DNA from: Octopus vulgaris
Taxonomy: Eukaryota
Reading direction: 5' to 3'
DNA length: 64,000 nucleotides
Assembly (NCBI GenBank): GCA_951406725.2
Contig: OX597820.1
Span: 54,870,001-54,934,000, forward strand
Both the position numbers and the translations under genes were made by a program. Shown here one piece after another: positions 27,266 to 39,690 of this stretch (the stretch's first letter is position 1; the number at the start of each line of letters is the position of its first letter). A model generated the notes under the pieces. The model did no database searches, had not been told where the DNA came from, and worked only from the letters and a program-made list of their open reading frames with translations.

Positions 27266-27676
27266 GTAAGTCCAGAAACTTCCTGCACTTAAGTCACAAT
27301 TCTTGTAACACTTCTTTCTAGTTCTGCGTCTTATTTTCAGAAACTTCTGTTTTGATTTTCATTCCTTCCCTTTCATATATATATAAAATGTTGCTGTGAT
27401 CTGATTATGTTGTTGTATGTGTAGTTATTGTCAAAGTGGTTGTTGTCTCTTGTATAGGACCATGTCTTGACGATGGTGAAAGTAGTTGTGTTTGTGCTTC
27501 TTGAAGGCAGTGGTTGGTGTGTTGCTTGTGATTGCTGGTTGTTGTGTTACTGGTGTTCTCAATGTTTTGTTGTTAGATCTCTTTTTGTTCTCCTCACACA
27601 GTTTTATCTTATATATGTACATACACCCGTGCATCATATACTTACATAAACTAACATAAATTACATGTCATATGTA

Positions 27677-27712
<36 letters not shown>

Positions 27713-29390
27713 TGTATAAGCACACACATTTATATGTTAAATACCTATATATAAATATATCAAATACAGATATAGCTATAAAATTTAGACATGTGTTGAA
27801 TGCAACACATTGCAAACAAGTTAAATATATACGTATGTGTCTCTCTCTTTAATGTACACACACACATGCTTATGTACTTGTGTGTGGGCTGATTAATAAA
27901 TGAATGCCAAAAGAACAGGTGTTATGTAATCACTTTCATTATCTTACAGCTGTTTTGGCTATAAGGAACTGTGTATCCAGAGTTGAGTATGAGTGTGACA
28001 CCTTAAAGCTTCTTCAGAACCTTAACATGAAGTATTGCACTCCTACAGATACACGTCTAATACAATTACTCACACACACATACACACACATATATATATA
28101 TAAGATTACCTAGTCATACAACACCTCACACATGCATGCATACATACATTGATATATATACATACATTTATGTATGTGCGTGTATATATATATATGTGTA
28201 TATGCATACATACTCCTGTACATTCATTCATACTGTGTATAAAAATGAATGGACTCCGTCACTTTGAACACTGGGTATTTCAATGAGTTGTTTGATCAAT
28301 GAAATTGGCTACTCATTGAATTACAGTATTCCACAGACCTGTGTGCCATTAATGTGGCCATTAGGCAGAATGAGTGTAACAAGAGTGCAGCGAGGCTTGG
28401 TCTTTGAATTGCGAATGCAGTCTGCCTGATGGGGCTTCCAGAGTTTCTGTCTACCCACATTCATTCATGAAACTTCAGTCAACACGAGGCTATAGACAAA
28501 AAAAACAAAAACAAAAAAAAAACAAAAAAGAAAGAAAATCACTTGTCCAAAGATGTCACACAATGCGATTGAACCTGGGACCTCATGATTTTGAAGCAAA
28601 CTTCATAACCACTTGTCCATCCCTATAGTCACATACATTGTACATATAAACTCATTCACATACACTCACCACAAGGAAATCATATACTCATATTTAGTGA
28701 TGAAGACTGTCCATACATACACACGCACACACAATATGTTTTATACACACATGAAGAAAAATTACACTCTGTTCCTTCTTTCCCTTCCCTTGTATAATCT
28801 TATTTTCCTCTCGGTCCATTGCCACCCTAATACATAGACTAATATTTTATACATTGCCTAATGAGCTAATCTTAATATCATCACCATTGACACCATTATC
28901 ATCATTTAATTACTAATCTACCTAAGTCAATTTGTCTTGTTATGTTCCCGTTTTCTCCAATTGTAAAGAAAATGATGTTGCCTGCTGTTGTTTAACATTG
29001 GGTAGACCCGACTCACTGGGTAGACCATTACATCTAAACTGATCTACCCACGAACATGCTGTTTCTCTTCAGGATATATAGTAACCAGGACAACATTACT
29101 CAATATGTCCTTCAATTTTTAAGTCAGTACTGTATGATTTGATGATAATTTGGCTGCTATATCTAGCAATTTGGGCTACCATGTAGATGCTCCCTTGTTA
29201 CTATGTTTTCTTTTAATGTTTTGTGTTTTGTTGTCCTGCAAGGTAATTGTTGTTGTTGTTGTTTATGTTTGCTGCATTGATCACCACATTTATATCACCA
29301 GCCACCATCTTAAATAGCAGAGATGACTAACCCATCCATAGCTAGATGTATAAATCTTCACAAAGCTGATAGATGTTAGGATATATATTG

Positions 29391-29457
<67 letters not shown>

Positions 29458-30579
29458 TATTGTCGTTGTTATTATTATTATATAGGAAAATATGTAAAAC
29501 AATGAATGTATATGTGTTTGTATATATATGTTTATGTGTCTGTGTGCATGTATATATATCTATATATATATATTGATTACACACATACACAAGCACACAT
29601 ATATGCAAAATATAATGGAAAACATTTAAAAAGATCACACACATTTTAAATTTGTTACTCATGTGTGTATTTGTGTACATAAAGGAAGATCTGAATTTTT
29701 TTTTTAACATTCCTTTATCAATAATTTTATTGTTATCACGAATACTACTAATAATCGTTGAAGTCATTTAACTGGTATTATGGCGTGATGATGTAAGATG
29801 ACTTAGTACTCCATAATAATTGACTGTATCATGGTGAGCTTTTAATATTCTGCAAGGCTGGCTAGTTAGCTACTTAGCTATCCATCTTGTTGGCAAGATA
29901 GCTTGTTGTCTGTGTGTCTTCTGTATCAGTGATGAAATGTGTAACTATGTCTAGCACATATTTCAAGACAGCCTGTTGCCGTTATTGATATTTTCCTTTG
30001 GATATGTGTGTGCATACATACACTCTCTTATTCTTCTCGGCTAGACATGGATAAAAAAGATATAAGAAATTCTCTATATATGCACATACATATGCATATA
30101 TTTTGTTGGTGTTTTTTTTTTATATATTTCCTGTTCTCCCCTGTGCCATATTGTTGAAGAATAAATCTAAGAGTGTAAACATAGAAATTCTTTGACTATT
30201 ATCCAAAATAATTGATTGCAAATTCCAGATCCAAATCTAAATGTACGACGAGTGAGAGAGAATGTATGTCTATGAGTGAGTGTGTGTGTGTGTGTGTGTG
30301 TGTAGGTGAGTTAAGAAAAGGCGATATAAGAATTTGTATTTCTTTCTTCTCCATCATAGCATTGCATCTATATTTTGGGGTGTGTTGTTGTTGTTGCTGT
30401 CATCGTCGTTGTTATTGTTGTTGCTGCTGCTGTTGCCAATATTTTGTGCCAATATTTCTGCAGGAGAAGAAACATTGTTGAAGTAACAGGAAGCAATACA
30501 TCCTCACCAATGATAATGATAACATGAAAATCAACATAAATGTTCCTTAACGAAATTAATGATAATAATAATCATAATA

Positions 30580-31768
30580 ATAATAATAATGCGTTCACAT
30601 TCATGCACAATACCATCAATTTTAGTGGGAGGGGTTAGTTGATTACATCAACTCAAGTATTTATCTGGTCCTTTTATTTTATTGATCTTAGAGGGATGAA
30701 AGGCACAGCTGGCTGTGGGAGGATTTGAACACAGATTGTAAAGAGTCGGAAGGAATACCACAGGACATTTTTTTCGGTGCTCTGATGATTCCGCCAATTC
30801 ACTTCCGTTGTTTCTAATTTTGGCATAAGGCCAGCCATCTTGGAGGAATGGGTTAGCCGATGACATCGACCCAAGTACTCGACTGGTTCTTTATTGATCG
30901 TGGAAGGAGGAAAGGTCAAGTTGACTTTGGTCGGATTTGAACTCAGAACATAGAGTTGGAACAAATGGTATAAGGCATTTTATCGTAATGGACAAATGAT
31001 GTTTCTAATAACAATAATAAAATAAAGACAAACGAAAAACTTGACTCTTTTATAGGTTTTGCCAATTCGTATTGTGAGGTAATTGGTATCATACTCATGA
31101 TACCTAAACGTGTATGTGTGTGTGTGTGTGTCCATGAGTGTATATGGTCCATGAAACAAGCACCAATTAATTACTGGTGTAGGGGAGGTCATAATCAACA
31201 ATTTGTTTCCTCAAAATGTATGGTCTTGTGCTTATGTTAGAATTCTTTATACTAGTAGTCTGGTACAAATGAATTTAGAGACCCATTCTTCAGGAACAAT
31301 CAATGCTAATAACATTAATTGTATCCAATTTAGGCAAAAGGCCAGAAATTTTGAGGGAAGAGAGTTAGTCTATACTATTGGTCCCAGTACTTGGATGGGA
31401 CTTTTTATTGACCCTTAGTGGAATGAAAGGCGAAGTTGACATCAGTAGGGTTTGAACCCAAACCATAAACAGTCTGAAGAAATACCACAAAGCATTTTTT
31501 CCAATACTAACGATTCCGTCAATTCATCATCCTTGCTAACAATTATAATAATTGTTTCTAATTTTAGCACAAGGCCAGGAATTTTGAGGGGAGTGGGTAA
31601 GTTGATTACATTGACTCCAGTACATAACTGGTGCTATATTTTATTGACCCTGAAAGGATGAAAGGCAAAATTGACCTCAGTGGGATTTGAACTCAGAATG
31701 CGAAGTGCTGGAAGAAATGCTGTTAATCATTTTGTCTGACATGCTAATGATTCTGCCAGCTCACCTCT

Positions 31769-31800
<32 letters not shown>

Positions 31801-33166
31801 CTTCCTTTCTACTATTAACACAAGCACAAGACTTGAAATTTTGATATCAGTGTTTAACTGGTGCTTTTTTTTTATTGACACCCCAAATATGAAACCAAAG
31901 TCAACTTCAGTGGAAAATCAAATGCCACATAATAATACTATAGGCACAAGGCTTGAATTTTTTTAGGGGAGGGGTTAGTCAGTTACATCAACAGGTACTT
32001 ATTTCATCAACAAAGGCTGACAGGCAGAGTCAACCTCAATGGAATTCGAATTCAGAACATAGACAGACGAAATACTGCTAAACACTTGTTTGGCATGCCA
32101 ACAATTCTGCCAGCTCACTGCCTTAATAATAATAATAATAATAATAATAATCCTTTCTTTATTGGCCCCAAGGGCCGACTAGTCGATTACATCGACCCAT
32201 GTTTCATTGGTACATAATTTATCGACCCCGAAAGGATGAAAAGCAAAGTCGACCTTGGTGGAATTTGAACTCAGAACATAGTGATGAGTGAAATACCTCT
32301 AAGCAATACGTCCAGCGCGCTAACGATTCTGCCAGCTTGCTGCCTTAATAATAATAACAATAATCCTTTCTATCATAGGCACAAAGCCTGAAATTTGGTG
32401 GTGGTGGTGGTGGGGGGGGCAATTGATTAGATTTATCCCAGTACGCAACTGGTACTTAATTTATCGATCCCAAAAGGATGAAAGGCAAAGTCAACCTTGA
32501 CGAAATTTGAACTCTGAACATAGCGGCAGACAAAATACCTATTTCTTTACTACTCACAAGGGGCTAAACACAGAGAGAGGACAAACAAGGACAGACAAAC
32601 AGATTAAGTCGATTACATCGACCCCAGTGCATAACTGGTACTTAATTTATCGACCCCGAAAGGATGAAAGGCAAAGTTGACCTCGGCGGAATTTGAACTC
32701 AGAACATAACGGCAGACAAAATACGGCTACGCATTTCGCCTGGCATGCCAGCAATTCTGCCAGCTCACCTTAATAATAATAATAATAATAATAATAATCA
32801 TCATCATTTAACATCTGCTTTCCATGCTAGCATGAGTTGGGCGATTTGACTGAGGTCTGGTGAACCAAACTCCAATCTGATCTGGCAGAGTTTCTGCAAC
32901 TGGATGCCCTTCCTAACACCAACCACTCTGAGAGTGTAATAATAATAATAATGGTTTTAAGTTTCAGTACACTGCCAGTAATTTGGTGGGTGGGGGTCTA
33001 AGCCAATCAAATAGACCCCTGTGCTTAACTGGTACTTATTTTATTGACCTCAAAGGGATAAAAGGCAAAGTCAACCTTGGCGGCACTTGAATGCAGAACA
33101 TAAAGATGGATGAAATGCCGTTAAGCATTTTGCCTGGCATGCTAATGATTCTGCCAGCTCACTGCC

Positions 33167-33200
<34 letters not shown>
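30580..33200 (-). mobile_element. Head-to-tail cluster of about 10 Nin-domain-type tRNA SINEs, mostly separated by (AAT)n
   Basis: Repeated GGTACTTAATTTATCGACCCCGAAAGGATGAAAGGCAAAGTCGACC...GAATTTGAACTCAGAAC...TCTGCCAGCTC, all in the same orientation. Confidence 0.85.
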
Positions 33201-33202
<2 letters not shown>

Positions 33203-33893
33203 TCTGAAACTAGATCAGAACACCATTAGTACACTTCATGTACTACATGAGAACAAGTGTTGTAAATATAATTACACATTAACAGAACAGTACAAGACTT
33301 GTATTACATGTATAACACAATAGTACCTGCTAGAGACAGTAGCCAAATTTCTCTCAAATCTTAGCATTACTATCTTAAAGAAGGAAGAACTCATTAGGTA
33401 ATGTAGTCTTAGTTATATGCTGTCTGAATAATATAAGGGGAGTCACAAGCTGCAATGTCCTTGATCATAAGTCTGCTTCACCAGGACTGGCCTAATGGAA
33501 CTACACATGTACAATCACACCAGTGCAAAACATGAACACCAAGTACATCACAAAAATCAATCAAGGAATCTACAGAAAAGTTAGGCTTTTTATCTCTTCA
33601 TTATCATTGAAATCATTAAATAGTTACCTCATTTTAGCTATAGTGCATTACATAATATTTTTTAAATATTTACTCTGTGTGAATATTTACATGTTTATGA
33701 ATATTTAATTCTTCCAGTTATGTCATTCACCCTTGTGCCCTCCTGTCTACTCCCCAGCCTTATTGTTATGTGCCTGTCCTACACTGTGTCATTGTAAGTC
33801 TCCCCTCCATAAGTGGTCTTTGAATTTTATTGTACCTCATTAAGCCCTTGTAGTTAAAAAAGTTCTTCTAATATATGCACATACATATATATA

Positions 33894-34756
33894 CAGTGTG
33901 TGATCAATAAACTGTCAAAATTACACCAAAATGAAAATAACACTGACATCTCATTTTAACATATACTTACCAAAATTATATAAAATATCTTGAAATACTA
34001 AAGAGTAAATTTATTCAATAAAAGTACCATTGGCTTCAACCACAGCCTCCAGATGACTTTGGAATCTCCTGCAACTCTTCTGGATGGTCTTCTTGTTTAA
34101 GTTGGTGAATACTGCCATAATCCTTGCCTTCAGTTCATCTTTTGTGTTAGAAGGAGTTTTGTTGGTCTCTTACTCAACTACGCCCCACATATAATAATCA
34201 AGGGGATTGCAGTCTGGAGAGTAATTGGCTAGATGTTAGGGGTGATGTGATAGCAGAAATTGTTTGACAGCTGTGACTAGGTTCTCCTGCTTGTGTGTCA
34301 TGGGGCAGAGTCTTGTTGCCAGACATAGGGTCTTCCAGCAGCCACTTTCTTTATCCAGGGCAGCACTACCTTCTCCAGGCACTTGTAGGCCTCTATGTTG
34401 AGTCTGAAGCCATGTGGGAAGATGAATGGAGGCATAACTTCGCCATCACTAGTGATCATTCCAAACACCATGATGTTGACTGGGTGTTTGATTTTTATCA
34501 TTCTCAGTACATGTCCTCAGATTGACACCCAAACACTCTGAAACGTTTGTATTGACACTTCCGGCATGAATGCTAAGCAGTACAGCATGTCTTTTCCAAA
34601 TTTCTAGCAGAGTGAATTACGTCATGGTGCAGTTTTTCTCACAGATGGTGCCCAACTGACCCCTACTATACTGTGTAGTTGACAAAATCAAAAACAAACA
34701 ATGCACATGTGCAAAATTAAAAAATGAAATGGTGACAGTTTACCCATCGCACCCTA
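33894..34756 (-). mobile_element. Internally deleted Tc1/mariner-superfamily transposon, DD37D (maT) type
   Basis: Imperfect TIRs (CAGTGTGTGATCAATAAACTGTCA versus the reverse complement of TGACAGTTTACCCATCGCACCCTA) with TA flanks. Transposase remnant HPVNIMVFG...YVWQQDSAP...PLDYY with about 37-residue D-D spacing. Confidence 0.85.
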
Positions 34757-34757
34757 T

Positions 34758-34830
<73 letters not shown>

Positions 34831-34992
34831 TACATACACTCCTGCGCACACACACATCATCATCATTTAACATCTATCTTCTATGCTGACATAGGAGACT
34901 GCAAATACTGTATGTCAGTTTTCCATTTTATGTATATGTGCAAACAAATAGATGTATATATGTATGCACACATACATGTGTGTGTATATCTT

Positions 34993-35432
34993 CATCATCA
35001 TCATTTAACGTCTGTTTTCTATGCTGGCATGGATGGGACGGTTCGACTGGGGTCTGGGAAGCCAGGAGGCTGCACCAGGCTCCAATCTGATCTGGCAGTG
35101 TTTCTTCAGCTGGATGCCTTTCCTAATACCAACCACTCTGAGAGTGTAGTGGGTGCTTTTTACGTGCCACTGGCACAGGAGCCAGAGGAGCTGGCATCAA
35201 CCACGATTGGATGGTGCTTTTTATGTGCCACTGACACGAGGGTCACAACTACAATTTCCATTTGATTCTCATTTGATTTGATTTGATTTTGTTGTAGATG
35301 TACTTGACTCAATAGCTTTCCTCAAGCACGGCATGTCACCCTATGATCCAAGGTACATTTGAGTGGGCTGGTTATGCGATGCTGGTGTAGGTTACAGCTG
35401 TGAGCTCACTTTATTTGCCGGGTCTTCTTAGT
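34993..35432 (-). mobile_element. RTE LINE 3' UTR/tail fragment
   Basis: Same tail and UTR as 20305-20810. Confidence 0.75.
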
Positions 35433-35584
35433 CGCACAAGCATGACTGTGTGGTAGTGAACTTGCTTCCCAACAACATGGTTTCAGGTTCAGTCCTTAGG
35501 CAAGTGTCTTCTACTATGGCCTCGGGCTAACCAAAGCCTTATGAATGGGATTAAGTAGACGGAAACTGAAAGAAGCCCATTGTA

Positions 35585-37386
35585 TCATCATCATCATCAT
35601 CATCATTTAACGTCCGCTTTCCATGCTAGCATGGGTTGGACGGTTCAACTGGTGTCTGGAGAGCCCGAAGGCTGCACCAGGCCAGTCAGATCTGGCAGTG
35701 TTTCTACAGCTGGATGCCCTTCCTAACGCCAACCACTCCGAGAGTGTAGTGGGTGATTTTATGTGCCACCGACACAGGTGCCAGACGAGGCTGGCGAACG
35801 GCCATGCTCGGATGGTGTTTTTATGTGCCACCGACACAGGTGCCAGACAAGGCTGGCAGACGACCACGCTCGGATGGTGTTTTTTTTATGTGCCACTGAC
35901 ACAGGTGCCAGACGAGGCTGGCGAACGACCACGCTCGGATGGTGTTTTTATGTGCCACCGACACAGGTGCCAGACAAGGCTGGCAGACGACCATGCTCGG
36001 ATGGTGTTTTTATGTGCCACCGACACAGGTGCCAGACGAGGCTGGCGAACGGCCATGCTCGGATGGTGTTTTTATGTGCCACCGACACAGGTGCCAGACA
36101 AGGCTGGCAGACGACCACGCTCGGATGGTGTTTTTTTTTTATGTGCCACCGACACAGGTGCCAGACGAGGCTGGCGAACGGCCACGCTCGGATGGTGTTT
36201 TTATGTGCCACCGACACAGGTGCCAGACAAGGCTGGCAGACGACCACGCTCGGATGGTGTTTTTTTTTATGTGCCACCGACACAGGTGCCAGACGAGGCG
36301 GGCGAACGACCTCGCTCGGATGGTGTTTTTATGTGCCACCGACACAGGTGCCAGACAAGGCTGGCAGACAACCACGCTCGGATGGTGTTTTTATGTGCCA
36401 CCGACACAGGTGCCAGACGAGGCTGGCGAACGGCCACGCTCGGATGGTGTTTTTATGTGCCACCGACACAGGTGCCAGACGAGGCTGGCGAACGGCCACG
36501 CTCGGATGATGTTTTTATGTGCCACCGACACAGGTGCCAGACGAGGCTGGCGAATGGCCACGCTCGGATGGTGTTTTTATGTGCCACCGACACAGGTGCC
36601 AGACAAGGCTAGCAGACGACCATGCTCGGATGGTGTTTTTTTTATGTGCCACCGACACAGGAGCCAGATTTGGCTGGCGATCGGCCACGATTGGGTGGTG
36701 ATTGTTACGTGCCCACAGCATGGAGGCCAGTCGGTGCGGTACTGGCTACACCCACGTTCGGATGGTATTCTTGTGTCCCACCGGCACTGGTACCACAAAG
36801 ATACAAATTCCATTGATGTTCATCTATTTTGATTTTGTTTGATTTTCACTTGCCTCAACAGGTCTTCACAAGTGTCACAAGAAGGAAGGTATGCACAGGT
36901 GGACTGACTACGTCCTAGGTAGGGGCCACGGGTTATGGCCTGACTAGTCTTGCCGGGTCTTCTCACGCACAGCATACTTCCATAGGTCTTGGTCTCTAGT
37001 CATTTCCTTGGTGAGACCTAAAGTTCGTAGGTCGTGCTTCACCACTTCGTCCCAGGTTTTCCTGGGTCTACCTCTTCCACAGGTTCCCTCAACTGCTAGG
37101 GTGTAGCACTTTTGCACACAACTATCTTCAGCCATTCTCGTCATATGACCATACCAGCGCAGCCGTCTCTCTTGCACACCACAACTGACGCTTCTTAGGT
37201 TCAACTTTTCTCTCAAGGTACTTACACTCTGACGATTATGAACACTGACATTACACATCCATCGGAGCATACTGGCTTCATTTCTTGCGAGCTTACGCAT
37301 ATCCTCAGCAGTCACGGCCCATGTTTCACTACCATGTAGCATGGCTGTACGTACACATGCATCATAAAGTCTGCCTTTTACTCTGA

Positions 37387-37390
<4 letters not shown>
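35585..37390 (-). mobile_element. 5'-truncated RTE LINE (ORF2 C-terminus plus expanded 3' UTR)
   Basis: LRVKGRLYDACVRTAMLHGSETWAV...RRLRWYGHM...GRGRPRKTWDEVVKHDL; (CAT)n tail at 35585-35606. Confidence 0.92.
35760..36790. repeat. ~62-bp tandem minisatellite (14 near-identical units plus about 3 degenerate units) in the RTE 3' UTR
   Basis: Unit ATGTGCCACCGACACAGGTGCCAGAC(G/A)AGGCTGGC(GA/AG)ACG(G/A)CCA(C/T)GCTCGGATGGTG(T)n. Confidence 0.95.
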
Positions 37391-37427
<37 letters not shown>

Positions 37428-37429
<2 letters not shown>

Positions 37430-37737
37430 GTGGTGGGCTGGGTCTAAAAATATTGGTTGCCAGGAGACTAAGGGGGGCCCACCCGCAACGATAAGGGGGC
37501 CCATCTGCAACTACAATGCTATCTTTTATTTATTTCTTTTTTTGTTAAAAGTATACTTTTCAACTATCTACAGACACAGCCAGGCTGAAATAATTACTGC
37601 ATTCTTCCAGGAGTGAATAAAAAAACTTGAAAGGATGGGCCCCTTAGATACTAACGTGGACCCCTATATATGGATTCTAATGGCGCAAGGTCCCACTTGC
37701 TATTGGGTAAGCTCTTGACCTGGACAGTCTGCCACTG
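37428..37737. mobile_element. hAT-like MITE
   Basis: TIRs CAGTGGTGGGCTG ... CAGTCTGCCACTG; near-matching 8-bp flanks TATATATG/TATGTATG; internal GGGCCC repeats. Confidence 0.65.
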
Positions 37738-38874
37738 TATGTATGTGTATGTATTTATGTGTCTGTGTCTTTGTTTGTCTCCAAACCGTCACTTGACAAC
37801 CAATGTTCAGCAAAAGAGACTGATAGAATAAGTACTAGGCTTACAAAGAATAAGGCCAGGGGCTAATTTCTTCGAATAAAAAGCCCTTTAAAGGTGGTAC
37901 TCCAGCATGGCCGCAATCAAATGTCTGAAATAAGTAAAAGAATATAAGTATATATACATGGTATAGAGTCAACAGATGAGACCCAAAGATGCTCAGCATA
38001 GAAAACACTTATTAATGCTCAAATGATTTTAACTTAGACTTTAAATCTTTATGAAGGTCTAATCCTGCAAGGGTAAAGAGTGGCTATAAGAGGAATCCAG
38101 GTGAGCAGAGATGGAAATAACGATGCAAATAAACAAATGAAGCCACATGGGTTAGATATATATAAAATATATATACATATATACATGTAAATAGAGAGAG
38201 AGACAAAGAATGAAGGTATTCAGACAACAAATAGATATTCATATGTTAATGGAACAGATTTACACTGATTTCTGTGACTTTGTACTCCAGATCTGCTCTG
38301 TTAAGTTATAAATATCTATATATTTATACAAGAATGCCCATTGTCTGAAGATATTCACTCTTTGTTTCACTCTTTGTTTGACAACCGATGCTGGTGTGTT
38401 TACGTCCCTGTTACTTAGTGGTTCAGCAAAAGAGACCGATAGAATAAGTACTGGGCTTACAAAAAGAATAAGTCCCGGGGTCGAGTTGCTCGATTAAAGG
38501 CGGTGCTCCAGCATGGCCGCAGTCAAATGACTGAAACAAGTAAAAAGAGAAAAAGAGATATACATACATATATGTATGTATATATGCATACATTTATATG
38601 TATATGTATAGACACATACATTTATGTCTATATATGTATACACGCATACATTTATGTCTCTGTATGTGTATGTATATATATGTATGTATACATACATAGA
38701 TTTATGTGTGTGCGTAGGTGCAGGCGCGGCTGTACGGTAAGATGTTTGCTTCCCAACCACATGGTTCTGGATTCAGTCCAACTGCATAGTACCTTGGATA
38801 GAAGTAGAAACATCTATTATAACCTCAGGCCAACCAAAGCCTTGTGAGTGGATTTGGTAGAAAGTTGAATGAAA

Positions 38875-38928
<54 letters not shown>

Positions 38929-39252
38929 TATGAAATAATAATAATAATAATAAACGGCTAAATTTAATTAATAATTTTACCAAGTAGTTCGGTACATTAA
39001 AATAAGCTTTTTAGGTAAAATCATACAAATATTCTATAATTATATGCATAATTATAATCAAAGGTCAGCTAATTGCTTCGCCACGAACCATGTGGATTTA
39101 TTACTTTCTCTTTTTGCCTACGTAAAAAATTGTGTTACTGTCTGGGAGATCTTTATGGTAGCAGAAAAGGCATTTTAACTCCTATTTCTAAATTCGATGC
39201 ATGGCAAAGCAATTAGCTGACCCCTGATTATAATTATGTTTATAATTATGGA

Positions 39253-39317
<65 letters not shown>

Positions 39318-39349
39318 ATATAAAGCTTAATATGCCCCAATTTAAGCGA

Positions 39350-39690
39350 GTGCCAGATTGGCATAGTCGTGTAGGCCTGCACCTCTGGAGCTGGCGATCT
39401 AGGTTTGAATCCCGCTGGGACTGTGAGAAAAAAGAACCCTCACACCTGGGTCATCCGAGCATTCACCAGTGTACCCAGCTGGAAACGGGTACTTAGCCCT
39501 TCTCAGGGCTGCAGCACATGGCACACCAGTGCTAGAAACCAGAGAAACCAATACCACCTAAGATGTGCTTAAACAGACAGCAGGTGGACATCTAGAGTGT
39601 CAGGAGTTAAGGGCCGAAACACTTGCCTAAAGGGGGTTTCTCCTCTGAGGACCACCTGCTGTTATGTTCTCCCCGAGTTTCTTTCCACCT
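39350..39690 (+). mobile_element. tRNA-derived SINE with a long 3' stem-loop
   Basis: Box A-like TGGCATAGTCG, box B-like GGTTTGAATCCC, central CCAGTGTACCCAGCTGGAAACGGGTAC, and 3' hairpin ACAGCAGGTGG...CCACCTGCTGT. Confidence 0.7.

Noticed and set aside
27017-27292. 91-aa ORF over the GC-rich exon as the gene product
   Set aside because: It is an alternative frame of the conserved RUFY exon; at most an overlapping uORF.
35760-36640. HDV-like ribozyme in the repeat unit (CCAGCCTCGTCTGGC on the - strand)
   Set aside because: Only a P3/L3-like resemblance; P1, P1.1, P2 and J4/2 could not be built, and RTE HDV-like ribozymes sit at 5' ends.
35760-36790. CRISPR-like array
   Set aside because: Units are contiguous near-identical repeats with no unique spacers, there are no cas genes, and the array lies in a eukaryotic RTE 3' UTR.
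35623-36832. Long ORFs of 248-329 aa
   Set aside because: Artefacts of a stop-poor 62-bp repeat read in rotating frames; the same peptides appear in all three frames.
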